DNA of 20,000 nucleotides from an uncultured virus (IMG/VR IMGVR_UViG_3300042197_003121) (IMGVR_UViG_3300042197_003121); one strand, 5' to 3'. Shown: positions 1 to 7,669, counted from the stretch's first letter. A program made the numbers and translations. The notes: generated by a model from the letters alone, not told the origin.

Positions 1-2
1 GT

Positions 3-134
3 GTTCCCGTGCTTCAGACTGCGAATCTCATACCCATCAAATTCGATGGGATCAAGAATTTCAGAGGGACCGCCTTTATACTTAAATTTCTTGGCCTTGA
101 GCATAACAAGGTAGAGTTGGTCTACAAAGCATAG
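3..134 (+). CDS. C-terminal end of an upstream ORF (partial, ...KFLGLEHNKVELVYKA*)
   Basis: Open frame from the window edge to TAG at 132-134, 27 nt before the next plus-strand gene. The frame choice is uncertain. Confidence 0.35.
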   Translation, partial: VPVLQTANLIPIKFDGIKNFRGTAFILKFLGLEHNKVELVYKA

Positions 135-161
135 CGCCCTAAACTTACCTACGCAATAAAA

Positions 162-1466
162 ATGGCAACCGTTATTGAGCGCGATCATAATCGCTACGAA
201 GTTGTTAAAGTTTTAAATCCTGACGATCAGGTTCTTAACGTATCTCTTGTTTCGTCTCCTCAAGACACCTCTCCAACAACTCTGGACGCTTTTGGTCGGT
301 TACGAATTTCGCAACCCCTTACTCTTTTTGACTCCAGCCATCGCTATCAAGATAATGGCCTGTGGAACACAAATACAGCTAGTGGTGGGACATCAACTTT
401 TAACGCAAATGCTGGACTGGTTGATTTAGCCGTCACCACCACATCCGGGTCTTTAGTTTATCGAGAGACGAGAAAAGTATTTTCTTATCAGCCTGGAAAA
501 TCTTTGCTTGTAATGAATACGTTTGTCATGAACCCTGCTAAAACAGGATTAAGGCAACGTGTTGGATATTTTGGCACAGATAATGGATTTTACATTGAGC
601 TAGCAAATTCAACGCTGTCTCTGGTAGAACGTAGTTCTGTTACCGGATCAGTGACAGAAACCCGTGTTACGCAGGCAGACTGGAATGTAGATAAATTAGA
701 TGGAACTGGTCCATCTGGACTCACTCTGGATATTACAAAAGCTCAAATCCTTTGGGCAGATGTTGAGTGGCTTGGATTAGGTACCGTGCGAATAGGTTTT
801 GTTATTGGTGGTCATTTAGTTACTTGTCACGCTTTTGATCATGCAAACCTGATTACATCAACTTATATCACAACAGCCTCCCTGCCACTTTGTTACGAGA
901 TTGAAAATACTGCGGCCACTGCTAGTTCCAGTACCTTAAAACAAGTTTGTTCTACTGTTATTTCAGAGGGTGGGTATGAATTACGTGGAGCCCAACAGTC
1001 AATTGAAACGCCGATCGCAAGCCCTAGGAACTTAACTAATGCCTCAACTGTGTATCCAATCATTTCAATCAGGCTGAAAACTTCTCCAAATCGCTTAGAT
1101 GCAATTGTAATTTTGACGGCCCTTTCTATTATGGGTATTACTAATAACGCTAATTATCTTTGGAAAGTTGTTGTTTCTGGCACCACTACTGGTGGAACTT
1201 GGGTTAGCGCTGGTGTAGACTCCGCAGTTGAGTATAACTTAACAGGTGTTTCTTTTACGGGAGGTCGCTCCTTGGCATCTGGTTTTGCCAATGGTTCAAA
1301 CCAGGGCAGTACACCTGTAGATATTTTAAAAGAAGCCCTATTTACCACTCAATTAGAGCGAAATACATTTACATCCACACCATACGAATTAACTTTAGTT
1401 GCCTCATCAAATTCAGCCGGAGCGGAAATTTTGGCGTCAATGGATTGGGAGGAAATATCTCGGTGA
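162..1466 (+). CDS. Ser/Thr-rich, beta-rich phage protein, probable virion/tail structural protein
   Basis: 434-aa ORF, very T/S/G/V-rich. The DAFGRLRxSxPxTLFD segment resembles proteins I recall from aquatic phages. Confidence 0.55.
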   Translation: MATVIERDHNRYEVVKVLNPDDQVLNVSLVSSPQDTSPTTLDAFGRLRISQPLTLFDSSHRYQDNGLWNTNTASGGTSTFNANAGLVDLAVTTTSGSLVYRETRKVFSYQPGKSLLVMNTFVMNPAKTGLRQRVGYFGTDNGFYIELANSTLSLVERSSVTGSVTETRVTQADWNVDKLDGTGPSGLTLDITKAQILWADVEWLGLGTVRIGFVIGGHLVTCHAFDHANLITSTYITTASLPLCYEIENTAATASSSTLKQVCSTVISEGGYELRGAQQSIETPIASPRNLTNASTVYPIISIRLKTSPNRLDAIVILTALSIMGITNNANYLWKVVVSGTTTGGTWVSAGVDSAVEYNLTGVSFTGGRSLASGFANGSNQGSTPVDILKEALFTTQLERNTFTSTPYELTLVASSNSAGAEILASMDWEEISR

Positions 1467-1470
1467 GTCA

Positions 1471-1677
1471 TTAAGCGTCCCAACCGTCTCTCAGGTATCC
1501 AAAATCCCTGGCCTCAGTGACAGCCCTTTCTTTGTTACACACGTCACATTCACCGTGGTGATACGTGGCGCAATGTTGTTTGGGACCTGAATAGCATTCG
1601 CCATTCCACCAATTGCCCCACATTACGCCGCAATCATCGCAAACCCAATCGGGTTGATCTACGTTGATAGATCTCAT
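1471..1677 (-). CDS. Small zinc-ribbon protein
   Basis: 68 aa with two CxxC pairs (CDDC, CDVC), converging on the plus-strand gene. Confidence 0.7.
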   Translation of the reverse strand: MRSINVDQPDWVCDDCGVMWGNWWNGECYSGPKQHCATYHHGECDVCNKERAVTEARDFGYLRDGWDA

Positions 1678-1754
1678 CTCAGTTTTCCATCAATAAAACG
1701 CATCATATTTTTTAATAGATTCAAAGCGCAAATTATTGCGACGATTGCAACCAT
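1674..1754 (-). CDS. Possible 26-aa hydrophobic peptide (MVAIVAIICALNLLKNMMRFIDGKLR)
   Basis: Fills the gap between two genes, and its TGA overlaps the next ATG (ATGA). Below the ORF-track size cutoff. Confidence 0.35.
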   Translation of the reverse strand: MVAIVAIICALNLLKNMMRFIDGKLR

Positions 1755-1758
1755 TGCT

Positions 1759-1950
1759 TCAGGCCAAGTCATCGTCAGAATCCTCAGGTTTTTGCTGGGT
1801 TTTTAACCATTCTTGTCGTTTAGCCTCTGTTTCTTGAAGGTTTTGAAGTCGTTGACGGTAAAGATTACCAATCCATTCAAATTGTTTTTGTTGATCTTTG
1901 GCAGCAGCCTCGATCATATCTTTCATTGCTTGGTGCTTGTCAAATTTCAT
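1759..1950 (-). CDS. Hypothetical helical protein
   Basis: 63-aa ORF overlapping the end of the AbrB-like gene in a tightly packed operon. Confidence 0.7.
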   Translation of the reverse strand: MKFDKHQAMKDMIEAAAKDQQKQFEWIGNLYRQRLQNLQETEAKRQEWLKTQQKPEDSDDDLA

Positions 1951-2158
1951 CGAACTCCTCTAGTTCTGAATCTGTATAATCTTGGCGTGGACTTTTAGTC
2001 AGCGTAATCGTACCGTCTGGATTATCTTGCCAATCCAAGACATCCCCTTCTTTCCACTCGAGGCGCAGCAGGAGATCGTCAGGGATGGTAAGAATACCTT
2101 CCTCATCAACAGTAACTGACCAACATTCGGCATCATTAGGGATTTGATCGTAGTTCAT
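1940..2158 (-). CDS. AbrB/MazE/SpoVT-family DNA-binding protein
   Basis: VTVDEEGILTIPDDLLLRLEWKEGDVLDW matches the swapped-hairpin pattern. ATGA overlap with the upstream gene. Confidence 0.8.
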   Translation of the reverse strand: MNYDQIPNDAECWSVTVDEEGILTIPDDLLLRLEWKEGDVLDWQDNPDGTITLTKSPRQDYTDSELEEFDEI

Positions 2159-2484
2159 GATTCAGATTTGGTGTTAAAGTAACGTTCAATTTCTTCACGA
2201 AGAAGTGTACGCATCTCCTCCTTGGCATCATCCTTAAAAGAATAATGGAAGAGATAATCATCATCTTCCTTAATTTCTTTTACTTTTTTATATGATTTAT
2301 CGACTGCGTACATCATGTCCATTACCATGCGGAAGAGGTCCTTGGGGCGACCCACAACCATGTTGGTTTCGCAGTTGATGCTGGTATCCAGAATTCGCAT
2401 CATGTCTGCAATGCGAATACTGTGTTGATGGAAGACACTACTGTACGTCTCGTAGTCATCCATGTAGTACTCAGACATGCTCAT
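2155..2484 (-). CDS. Hypothetical protein
   Basis: 109-aa ORF whose stop overlaps the next start. Confidence 0.75.
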   Translation of the reverse strand: MSMSEYYMDDYETYSSVFHQHSIRIADMMRILDTSINCETNMVVGRPKDLFRMVMDMMYAVDKSYKKVKEIKEDDDYLFHYSFKDDAKEEMRTLLREEIERYFNTKSES

Positions 2485-2543
2485 ACCGTAGGAGCGAATG
2501 GCACTCCAGATTAGCAGAGGTATTTGGGATCTGCTAGGGAGCT

Positions 2544-3095
2544 TTAGGGTTTGTTAACGTTGAAGTGTTCTAATACCGTATCCAGTGATACAGGAGTAAA
2601 GTTATTTCTTTCTACGCATGCATTGAAATACTTTGGATCTACCTGCCCATTTTTAATTACTTGATGACAATGCAGGTGTCCGTGAACATTTCCTCGATAG
2701 TGACCTGACAAACAATCAGGGTGAACTGGGATATGGGTCAAAATCAATCCACCAAGAAAGTTAGATCCTGGTGCAAAGAAAAATGCACCCCTTACATCTT
2801 CAAAATATTGTGTAAAATCTTTGATTGAACAATGCTGATCGTGATTTCCACGGATCAAAATTTTGTGACCATTCAGCCGCTCCAAGATAGGGAGGCTTTT
2901 CCTGGGAATGACCACATCGCCGAGATGGTAAATCTTATCGTGTTTACCTACGACACGATTCCAATTCTCAACCATCGTTTCATCCATTTCTTCACATGAA
3001 GAAAATGGACGAAGCAGTTCACCGTCTGGTCTTACAAAAGAAAGGCTTTTAGCGTGTCCGAAGTGAGTATCTGCTGTGAAGAAGATCGAGGACAT
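2544..3095 (-). CDS. Calcineurin-like metallophosphoesterase
   Basis: Motifs DTH, HLGD, GNHD, THIP and HGHLH in canonical order. Confidence 0.92.
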   Translation of the reverse strand: MSSIFFTADTHFGHAKSLSFVRPDGELLRPFSSCEEMDETMVENWNRVVGKHDKIYHLGDVVIPRKSLPILERLNGHKILIRGNHDQHCSIKDFTQYFEDVRGAFFFAPGSNFLGGLILTHIPVHPDCLSGHYRGNVHGHLHCHQVIKNGQVDPKYFNACVERNNFTPVSLDTVLEHFNVNKP

Positions 3096-3096
3096 C

Positions 3097-3306
3097 TCAA
3101 TCGTAGACGAAGAGCACTTGTTTCTTTACTTTATATTTTTCTTGTTCTTGCTTTTTCAGAACAGAAACCCGTTGTTCTGCTTCTTTGAGTGTGTCAAACG
3201 TTCCGCAGGAATGCCACCAATTAAGTGCAATTAATTCTTCTACTTCATATAAAGCAACCGAAGGATCAATTGCTGAAGGCCTTTGAAGAATTCTGTGTTT
3301 TGACAT
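3097..3306 (-). CDS. Hypothetical protein
   Basis: 69-aa ORF with a GTFDTLKEAE motif common in small phage proteins, adjacent to the phosphoesterase. Confidence 0.7.
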   Translation of the reverse strand: MSKHRILQRPSAIDPSVALYEVEELIALNWWHSCGTFDTLKEAEQRVSVLKKQEQEKYKVKKQVLFVYD

Positions 3307-3322
3307 AATCTAATGATCAAAG

Positions 3323-3388
3323 AGCATGGCCAGGAATCGAACCCGGTCTCTAGCCTCTAGGGACTAACGTGTGCCAACACTTCCATGC
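3323..3388 (-). tRNA. Atypical tRNA-like element (short D-loop, non-7-nt anticodon loop containing CUA)
   Basis: Minus strand reads GCATGG AA GTGT-TGGC-ACAC G TTAGTC-CCTAGA-GGCTAG AGA CCGGG-TTCGATT-CCTGG CCATGC T. All four arms are present with a canonical T-loop; CCA is not encoded. Confidence 0.7.
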
Positions 3389-3684
3389 AGTGACCCCTCT
3401 GTTTGAGCTTCATTCGGCGTCCCGAGATAGGCTTGAGGGGTGTTGTTATGTGTTTCCAAACCGCAAAGTTTGGTTCGCTTCAGGGCTTTACACATAAGGT
3501 TGTTTCCATCAGAGGCCCGAAAGTCCATGGCAGTAAACCAACTGTAAGGTCCGTCGAGCTTGCCAAATGGGTCGAGGGCTCATTCGTGGACTAGACGAAC
3601 AGGGGGTGGCCATTCCCCTGGCCTGCAAACACAGGACTTAGCCCGATGCTTCGACCAGAAATTTCCAGTCCATGCAGAGCGGGG
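3389..3684 (-). ncRNA. Large structured RNA, probably a manA RNA motif variant
   Basis: No credible ORF. Serial minus-strand hairpins: CTGCA..TGCAG enclosing GACTGGAA/TTCTGGTC; CAGGGG/CCCCTG; TTCGT/ACGAA; a UUCG-capped arm; TTATGTGT/ACACATAA; CCCCTC/GAGGGG. The 3' end CCCCTCAAGCCTATC...GCTCAAACAGAGGGGTCACT abutting a tRNA resembles cyanophage manA RNAs (from memory, unverified). Confidence 0.65.
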
Positions 3685-3766
3685 TGGTAGATGACCCAAG
3701 CATGAAAAACCAGAAAGGGTAGGACAGGGGCTTGGGCTCTATCTCAAAAATTTTAACAGATTTACT

Positions 3767-3964
3767 TCACCTATGGGAAGGTTGGGTGGAACCAAATTTT
3801 TCCATGATTTCGTCAATGGCCTCTAAAGATTCGAGACGGACAAGGATGTCAGTGATGGATTGAATGATGGCTGGGTGCTCAGCGCGGGCGGCGAACGCAA
3901 GCGCCTCACGGAGAGAGGTTGCTGCATGGTTAACTGATTCTTTAACTTGACTGGAGAGTGCCAT
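3767..3964 (-). CDS. Conserved small cyanophage hypothetical protein (MALSSQVKES...LREALAFAAR)
   Basis: Likely start at ATG 3964 rather than 4030. Resembles a family I recall from cyanomyoviruses. Confidence 0.7.
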   Translation of the reverse strand: MALSSQVKESVNHAATSLREALAFAARAEHPAIIQSITDILVRLESLEAIDEIMEKFGSTQPSHR

Positions 3965-4096
3965 TTCGGATGTTCGAGGTGCTCGTACTATAGGGTTAAT
4001 TACAAACATAACGTTCGGTTTGTCCAACACTTATTATTTTTACAGGATTCCAGCATTTACTGAAACCGTGAAAACCGGTGAAACTGGTTCGGGTTG

Positions 4097-4693
4097 CTAG
4101 GTAGTCAGTCTTTTCCGGCGCTCGTAAACAAATGCATACCCCGGAACCAAATGGGCTGCTGCTGGGGCTGAACCCGCATCGCGCTCTAGTTCAAGGCGGA
4201 TGCGATCTTTGTCAGGGAGATCCTCTTGTTTCACATCGACGATTGTTCCATCATTCAGACGAGTGATGGTAGTTGTCTTTCGCAACCCAAACTCGGAAAC
4301 TTCGTCTTCGCTCCAACCATCAAAACCATCAACCAATCTTGATTTGACCCTCTTGATGGTTGCCTGGTACTTAGTCCCCGTGGGTTTTTTATCAATTAGA
4401 TTTTGTTGATAAGCGTACTTAATTAACGAAACCATTTTCTCCTTATTCTTTTTCCACATATCAAGGTTCTCTTTAATTTCATCAAGCTCTTCTTGTAGCG
4501 CCGCGATGTACTTATCGCAGCGCTTAATCAGCTCAATAATTGAATCAAACTTGCTGGCTTGCCTGGAGGCTAACGCTTGCAGGTGCTGCTCCAGCTCATG
4601 CTTTTCGTCATCGCTGACCTCCGGTAAATCCCGGAGGAAGCTGACGTGTTGAATCGCTTCTGACAGTTGGGCGTAGGTTTGAGAGTCGGACAT
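4097..4693 (-). CDS. Siphovirus Gp157-like coiled-coil protein
   Basis: 198 aa. The N-terminal coiled coil ([28 protein letters not shown]) followed by a beta-rich region matches the Gp157/Gam-like layout. Confidence 0.6.
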   Translation of the reverse strand: MSDSQTYAQLSEAIQHVSFLRDLPEVSDDEKHELEQHLQALASRQASKFDSIIELIKRCDKYIAALQEELDEIKENLDMWKKNKEKMVSLIKYAYQQNLIDKKPTGTKYQATIKRVKSRLVDGFDGWSEDEVSEFGLRKTTTITRLNDGTIVDVKQEDLPDKDRIRLELERDAGSAPAAAHLVPGYAFVYERRKRLTT

Positions 4694-4724
4694 GGTGTGG
4701 TGGTGTGCGTGTGTGCTTTAAAAA

Positions 4725-4859
4725 TTAACCTTTACCCTGGCCCCGATAAGCCTTGGAGCTCTTGAAAGAACCCCTCTTTCTCAGACCGTGCCCGATGCTG
4801 GTGCGCTTCTTGATCGGTTCGCGGTGGGCTTGGCCAGTAAGTGATTTCTTTGTTGACAT
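4725..4859 (-). CDS. 44-aa highly basic protein ending YRGQGKG
   Basis: MSTKKSLTGQAHREPIKKRTSIGHGLRKRGSFKSSKAYRGQGKG*, directly downstream of a promoter. The YRGQG C-terminus recalls a widespread small phage family. Not in the ORF track. Confidence 0.75.
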   Translation of the reverse strand: MSTKKSLTGQAHREPIKKRTSIGHGLRKRGSFKSSKAYRGQGKG

Positions 4860-4885
4860 GAGTGGTGGGCGTGAAGTGCCCCACC

Positions 4886-4913
4886 ATCCTAGTCATTTTG
4901 TCCACCCTGTCAA
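4886..4913 (-). promoter_or_regulatory. Sigma70-type promoter
   Basis: TTGACA (4913-4908), N16, TAGGAT (4891-4886). Confidence 0.65.
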
Positions 4914-4935
4914 GCACTAAACTTAACAATGTTTT

Positions 4936-4977
4936 TGTAGTGTTCTTTACACAACAAAAATCATTTGTAGTTAGAAT
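4936..4977 (+). promoter_or_regulatory. NtcA-type activated promoter upstream of the nblA-like gene
   Basis: TGTA-GTGTTCTT-TACA at 4936-4951, with 21 nt between TAC and the -10 box TAGAAT (4972-4977). Matches GTAN8TAC-N~22-TAN3T. Confidence 0.7.
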
Positions 4978-5000
4978 GGGAATTATATCTCGCGAACTCT

Positions 5001-5246
5001 ATGTCAAGTTTTGATCTCATAGAGGTTCCCTTCGACCCGAATGACTTCGAGGCCACTTTAGAGGACGAATTTTTAATCGCAAAAATTACGAAAGAATTAG
5101 AAGCGGTTACAGATATCGAACAGCTTAGAACTGGTGCTCTAAAGCTTCTTCATGTCGCAGTTTTACGTCAGGGGATGATTCGAGGCTTATGCCGACGCCT
5201 TGCTGGTCTGGAATCAAACATCATTAAAAAGCGATACGACGAATAA
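5001..5246 (+). CDS. nblA: NblA-like phycobilisome degradation adaptor
   Basis: TLEDEFLIAKITKELEAVTDIEQLRTGALKLLHVAVLRQGMIRGL fits the NblA pattern (LE-x-x-F start, helix-loop-helix, distal R/Q). Isolated plus-strand gene with an NtcA-like promoter. Confidence 0.65.
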   Translation: MSSFDLIEVPFDPNDFEATLEDEFLIAKITKELEAVTDIEQLRTGALKLLHVAVLRQGMIRGLCRRLAGLESNIIKKRYDE

Positions 5247-5268
5247 AAAACCGCCCCTTTCGGAGCGG
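5245..5268 (-). terminator. Intrinsic terminator
   Basis: Minus strand CCGCTCC-GAAA-GGGGCGG-TTTTTT downstream of the DUF5895-like gene. Confidence 0.85.
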
Positions 5269-5298
5269 CTGGCGGTTCACCTTGGGATTCCGGTTACA

Positions 5299-6219
5299 TC
5301 ATAAGGTGATTTCACCTGTCTCTTCGTCGCGAGCACCAAACAGAGCTTTGGTCCCACGACCACCATCAACCGGCGGCAAAGTGAAATCGAGGCCCGGCTT
5401 GACCGCGTGGAACCCGATTTCCTTTGCACACTGGTCAAAGAAGGACTTGGCGTACACCTCAGGCGGGCAGGTTTCGTACACGCTCTCGATGAAGTCAATG
5501 TCGTCCTCAGCTTTCGGGAAGAACTCTTCCACGGTCTCCGCCGTAGGCACCACCCACTTCTCGGGGTAAGCGATCCAGCTCTTAGCTTTCTCACCACCGT
5601 ACAGCTGGGAGCCAAACGTCGGAGTGAAGATCGCAGCGGCTGCCTGCTTGGGGTCAAACCCAGCAGCAGACTTGAGGCCCATGCGATCCGCAAAGGCTGA
5701 TTCGAGCTGCTCGATGAAGGTGCCGTATGCCTCGCAGAACAGTTTGGAGGCCCCACCGTGAACCGAAAGGATCAACGGTTTCTTGTGCTGGGCAACACCG
5801 TCAGCGTTCACGAGGAACATCAGGACCAGACGACGGCGCTTATAAGGGGAAGGCTTTCCAGGGTTTGCAGCCTCGAAGTCGTCGTAGAGGAAGGAGTCCC
5901 TGGGGTAAATCCCGTCGATGCCACCCTTCTCACTATTCTCAATAAAGGTGACGGACTTTGAGAAGCCGCAGTGGATGACAACCATTCGTGGCGTCTTGAA
6001 GAAGATGCCGTCGTTCTTGTCTCCGTTGTTGTACGTGTGGGTGTACTCCTCCGCTTTGGGGAAGTCTTTGACGTTCCCGGACCAGCCGATGCGGGCCAGG
6101 GCGGTGTCTTTCAGGAAGAGGCCGGATTGGCTCTTGTCATTCAGCAGCTGGCAGTTCACCAGCTCGCGCATTTCACCTTGGTATTTTTCGGTGTTCAGGT
6201 ACCGATTAAGTACGGACAT
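5299..6219 (-). CDS. DUF5895-like cyanobacterial/phage protein
   Basis: Likely start MSVLNR at 6219. Blocks CQLLN..GLFL..IGW, GIFFKTPRMVV and RRRLVLMFLV..HKKPLILSVHG recall DUF5895. Visibly GC-rich codon usage. Confidence 0.6.
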   Translation of the reverse strand: MSVLNRYLNTEKYQGEMRELVNCQLLNDKSQSGLFLKDTALARIGWSGNVKDFPKAEEYTHTYNNGDKNDGIFFKTPRMVVIHCGFSKSVTFIENSEKGGIDGIYPRDSFLYDDFEAANPGKPSPYKRRRLVLMFLVNADGVAQHKKPLILSVHGGASKLFCEAYGTFIEQLESAFADRMGLKSAAGFDPKQAAAAIFTPTFGSQLYGGEKAKSWIAYPEKWVVPTAETVEEFFPKAEDDIDFIESVYETCPPEVYAKSFFDQCAKEIGFHAVKPGLDFTLPPVDGGRGTKALFGARDEETGEITL

Positions 6220-6315
6220 TTCAGTCGTTGCAGTAGGTCTGCGTCGGTTGACGCTCCATAAGAATAGCCCCACCCCCAAGAGAATGGGAATGGGGCAACA
6301 GATTAGAATTTCTTA

Positions 6316-7014
6316 TCAGAATGGGACTAGGTCTTCGTCCGGCTCAACGGAAGAAGGCGCCGAATCCTGTTGCATCGGTACCCGTGGTGCAGGTTTTGCC
6401 GCTACTGCTTCTTCTGCTGCCTTGGGCTGGTTCTTACCAAAGACCGAGTACTGTGACGACCGCACCCGCACTTGGTAGGTAGCCCTTTGTTCCCCACTCG
6501 TGGTTTGCCAAGAATTGTAACGCAGGCTACCAGCCAACGTCATCTGCCTTCCAACGAACAGCAGATTGCTCAGCCTCTTGGCATCATCACCCCAGCTTTC
6601 AACCCTGAAGCCAAGGGAATCTTCCCATCGGTGACCAATCAATTGTTGACTTGGCGCCTTACACATCAACGAAAAAGTAAACAGATCTTCCAGTTTCTTT
6701 TCACCGATAAAACCAACACCACCCGCAAGATTTACTTGATTCAGATTAAGGTCCTTCGAGACCACCTGTATCATCTGAGTAGGTACGACATACATCTGGT
6801 AGTCGTTACGATTCGGGTACAACCGACCACCAACCAGAAGACGAACTCCTGGGGTAAACGCATCCATCGAATCACCAGCAGCCTTGTTCGGGACAAGGTT
6901 GAAAGGCACCGATGGATTCTTTCCGCTGCCAGGGATTTCAAGCTTCATAAAGCGAAGACCTGAATCGGTGAAGGTCTCGCTGACGTAGGTCGCAGTGCAG
7001 AGGATGAGATTCAT
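6316..7014 (-). CDS. ssb: Single-stranded DNA-binding protein with two tandem OB-like domains
   Basis: Second domain NQVNLAG...FRVESWGDDAKRLSNLLFVGRQMTLAGSLRYNSWQT...GEQR is SSB-like, with acidic tail DEDLVPF. The first half repeats the G-x-x-L-x-V-x-GRL pattern. Confidence 0.85.
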   Translation of the reverse strand: MNLILCTATYVSETFTDSGLRFMKLEIPGSGKNPSVPFNLVPNKAAGDSMDAFTPGVRLLVGGRLYPNRNDYQMYVVPTQMIQVVSKDLNLNQVNLAGGVGFIGEKKLEDLFTFSLMCKAPSQQLIGHRWEDSLGFRVESWGDDAKRLSNLLFVGRQMTLAGSLRYNSWQTTSGEQRATYQVRVRSSQYSVFGKNQPKAAEEAVAAKPAPRVPMQQDSAPSSVEPDEDLVPF

Positions 7015-7028
7015 GGCAATTGAAGGGT

Positions 7029-7481
7029 TTAGGACGGGTCAATGACTTGGTAGTGGACACCCGCTTCTGCGAGCATATTACTAGCCAAGATGAAGTTCTC
7101 TAACCAACGGTCGGGGATAATGCTACCACCCGATACGTAAACGGCAGTAATTCCTGCATTGATCAGGACTGCAGCGCACCGGCTACATGGCGAAAACGTC
7201 ACGTATGCGGTGCAGTGTTCAGTGCTGACACCATGCAGGGCAGCAGTTGTTACTGCGTTTACCTCCGCATGGACTGTCATTTCATACTTCTGTTCCCTGT
7301 TGGATAAGCGATCAAAGCTATCACTTAGGTTTTTGGGAAAGCCATTGTAACCGGTACTGATTACACGACGATCTTTAACCAAGACACAACCAACAGAAGT
7401 AGAAGGATCTTTACTCCATGTAGCAACTTCAGCTGCTAAACGAAGAAAGCGGATGTGCCATTTTTCATCGTTTATGTTCAT
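7029..7481 (-). CDS. dCMP deaminase
   Basis: SKDPSTSVG, TGYNG, HAE and PCSRC zinc-binding deaminase motifs. Confidence 0.93.
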   Translation of the reverse strand: MNINDEKWHIRFLRLAAEVATWSKDPSTSVGCVLVKDRRVISTGYNGFPKNLSDSFDRLSNREQKYEMTVHAEVNAVTTAALHGVSTEHCTAYVTFSPCSRCAAVLINAGITAVYVSGGSIIPDRWLENFILASNMLAEAGVHYQVIDPS

Positions 7482-7648
7482 CGTGCAAATGCAGCCTCCA
7501 AACGATCTAAAATTGCGTCTTGAATAGCTACTTGTCGAGTCATCAAAACACCAATAAGTTTTTCCAGATCGTTGGACATTTCCTGCAACTCCTCAAGGGA
7601 TATCTCCTCGAGAGACTCTTTGATTTTGCCGAAGCGCTGGGGTTCCAT
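7478..7648 (-). CDS. 56-aa acidic helical protein (MEPQRFGKIKESLEEISLEELQEM...)
   Basis: Its TGA overlaps the deaminase ATG and a promoter-like sequence lies upstream. Not in the ORF track. Confidence 0.7.
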   Translation of the reverse strand: MEPQRFGKIKESLEEISLEELQEMSNDLEKLIGVLMTRQVAIQDAILDRLEAAFAR

Positions 7649-7669
7649 GGGGTGACGTGGCGCAGGACC

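Noticed and set aside
1940..2484. MazEF-like toxin-antitoxin pair
   Set aside because: The neighbours of the AbrB-like gene show no PIN, MazF or other toxin motifs.
3403..3594. 63-aa plus-strand ORF
   Set aside because: Non-ATG start, and it is the antisense shadow of the structured RNA.
3323..3684. tmRNA
   Set aside because: The size and terminal T-arm fit, but there is no GGGG 5' end, no G3-U70 alanine identity and no recognisable tag ORF. The tRNA-like part also has its own local four arms.
4061..4088. Degenerate tandem TGAAAC(C/T)G repeats
   Set aside because: Only three short imperfect units; not a CRISPR array or a convincing iteron set.
4732..4929. 65-aa minus ORF from the track
   Set aside because: It runs through the promoter; the 44-aa ORF in another frame is better supported.
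5277..6963. Multiple alternative-frame and antisense ORFs over the DUF5895-like and ssb genes
   Set aside because: Expected shadows of GC-rich coding sequence with no protein-like motifs.
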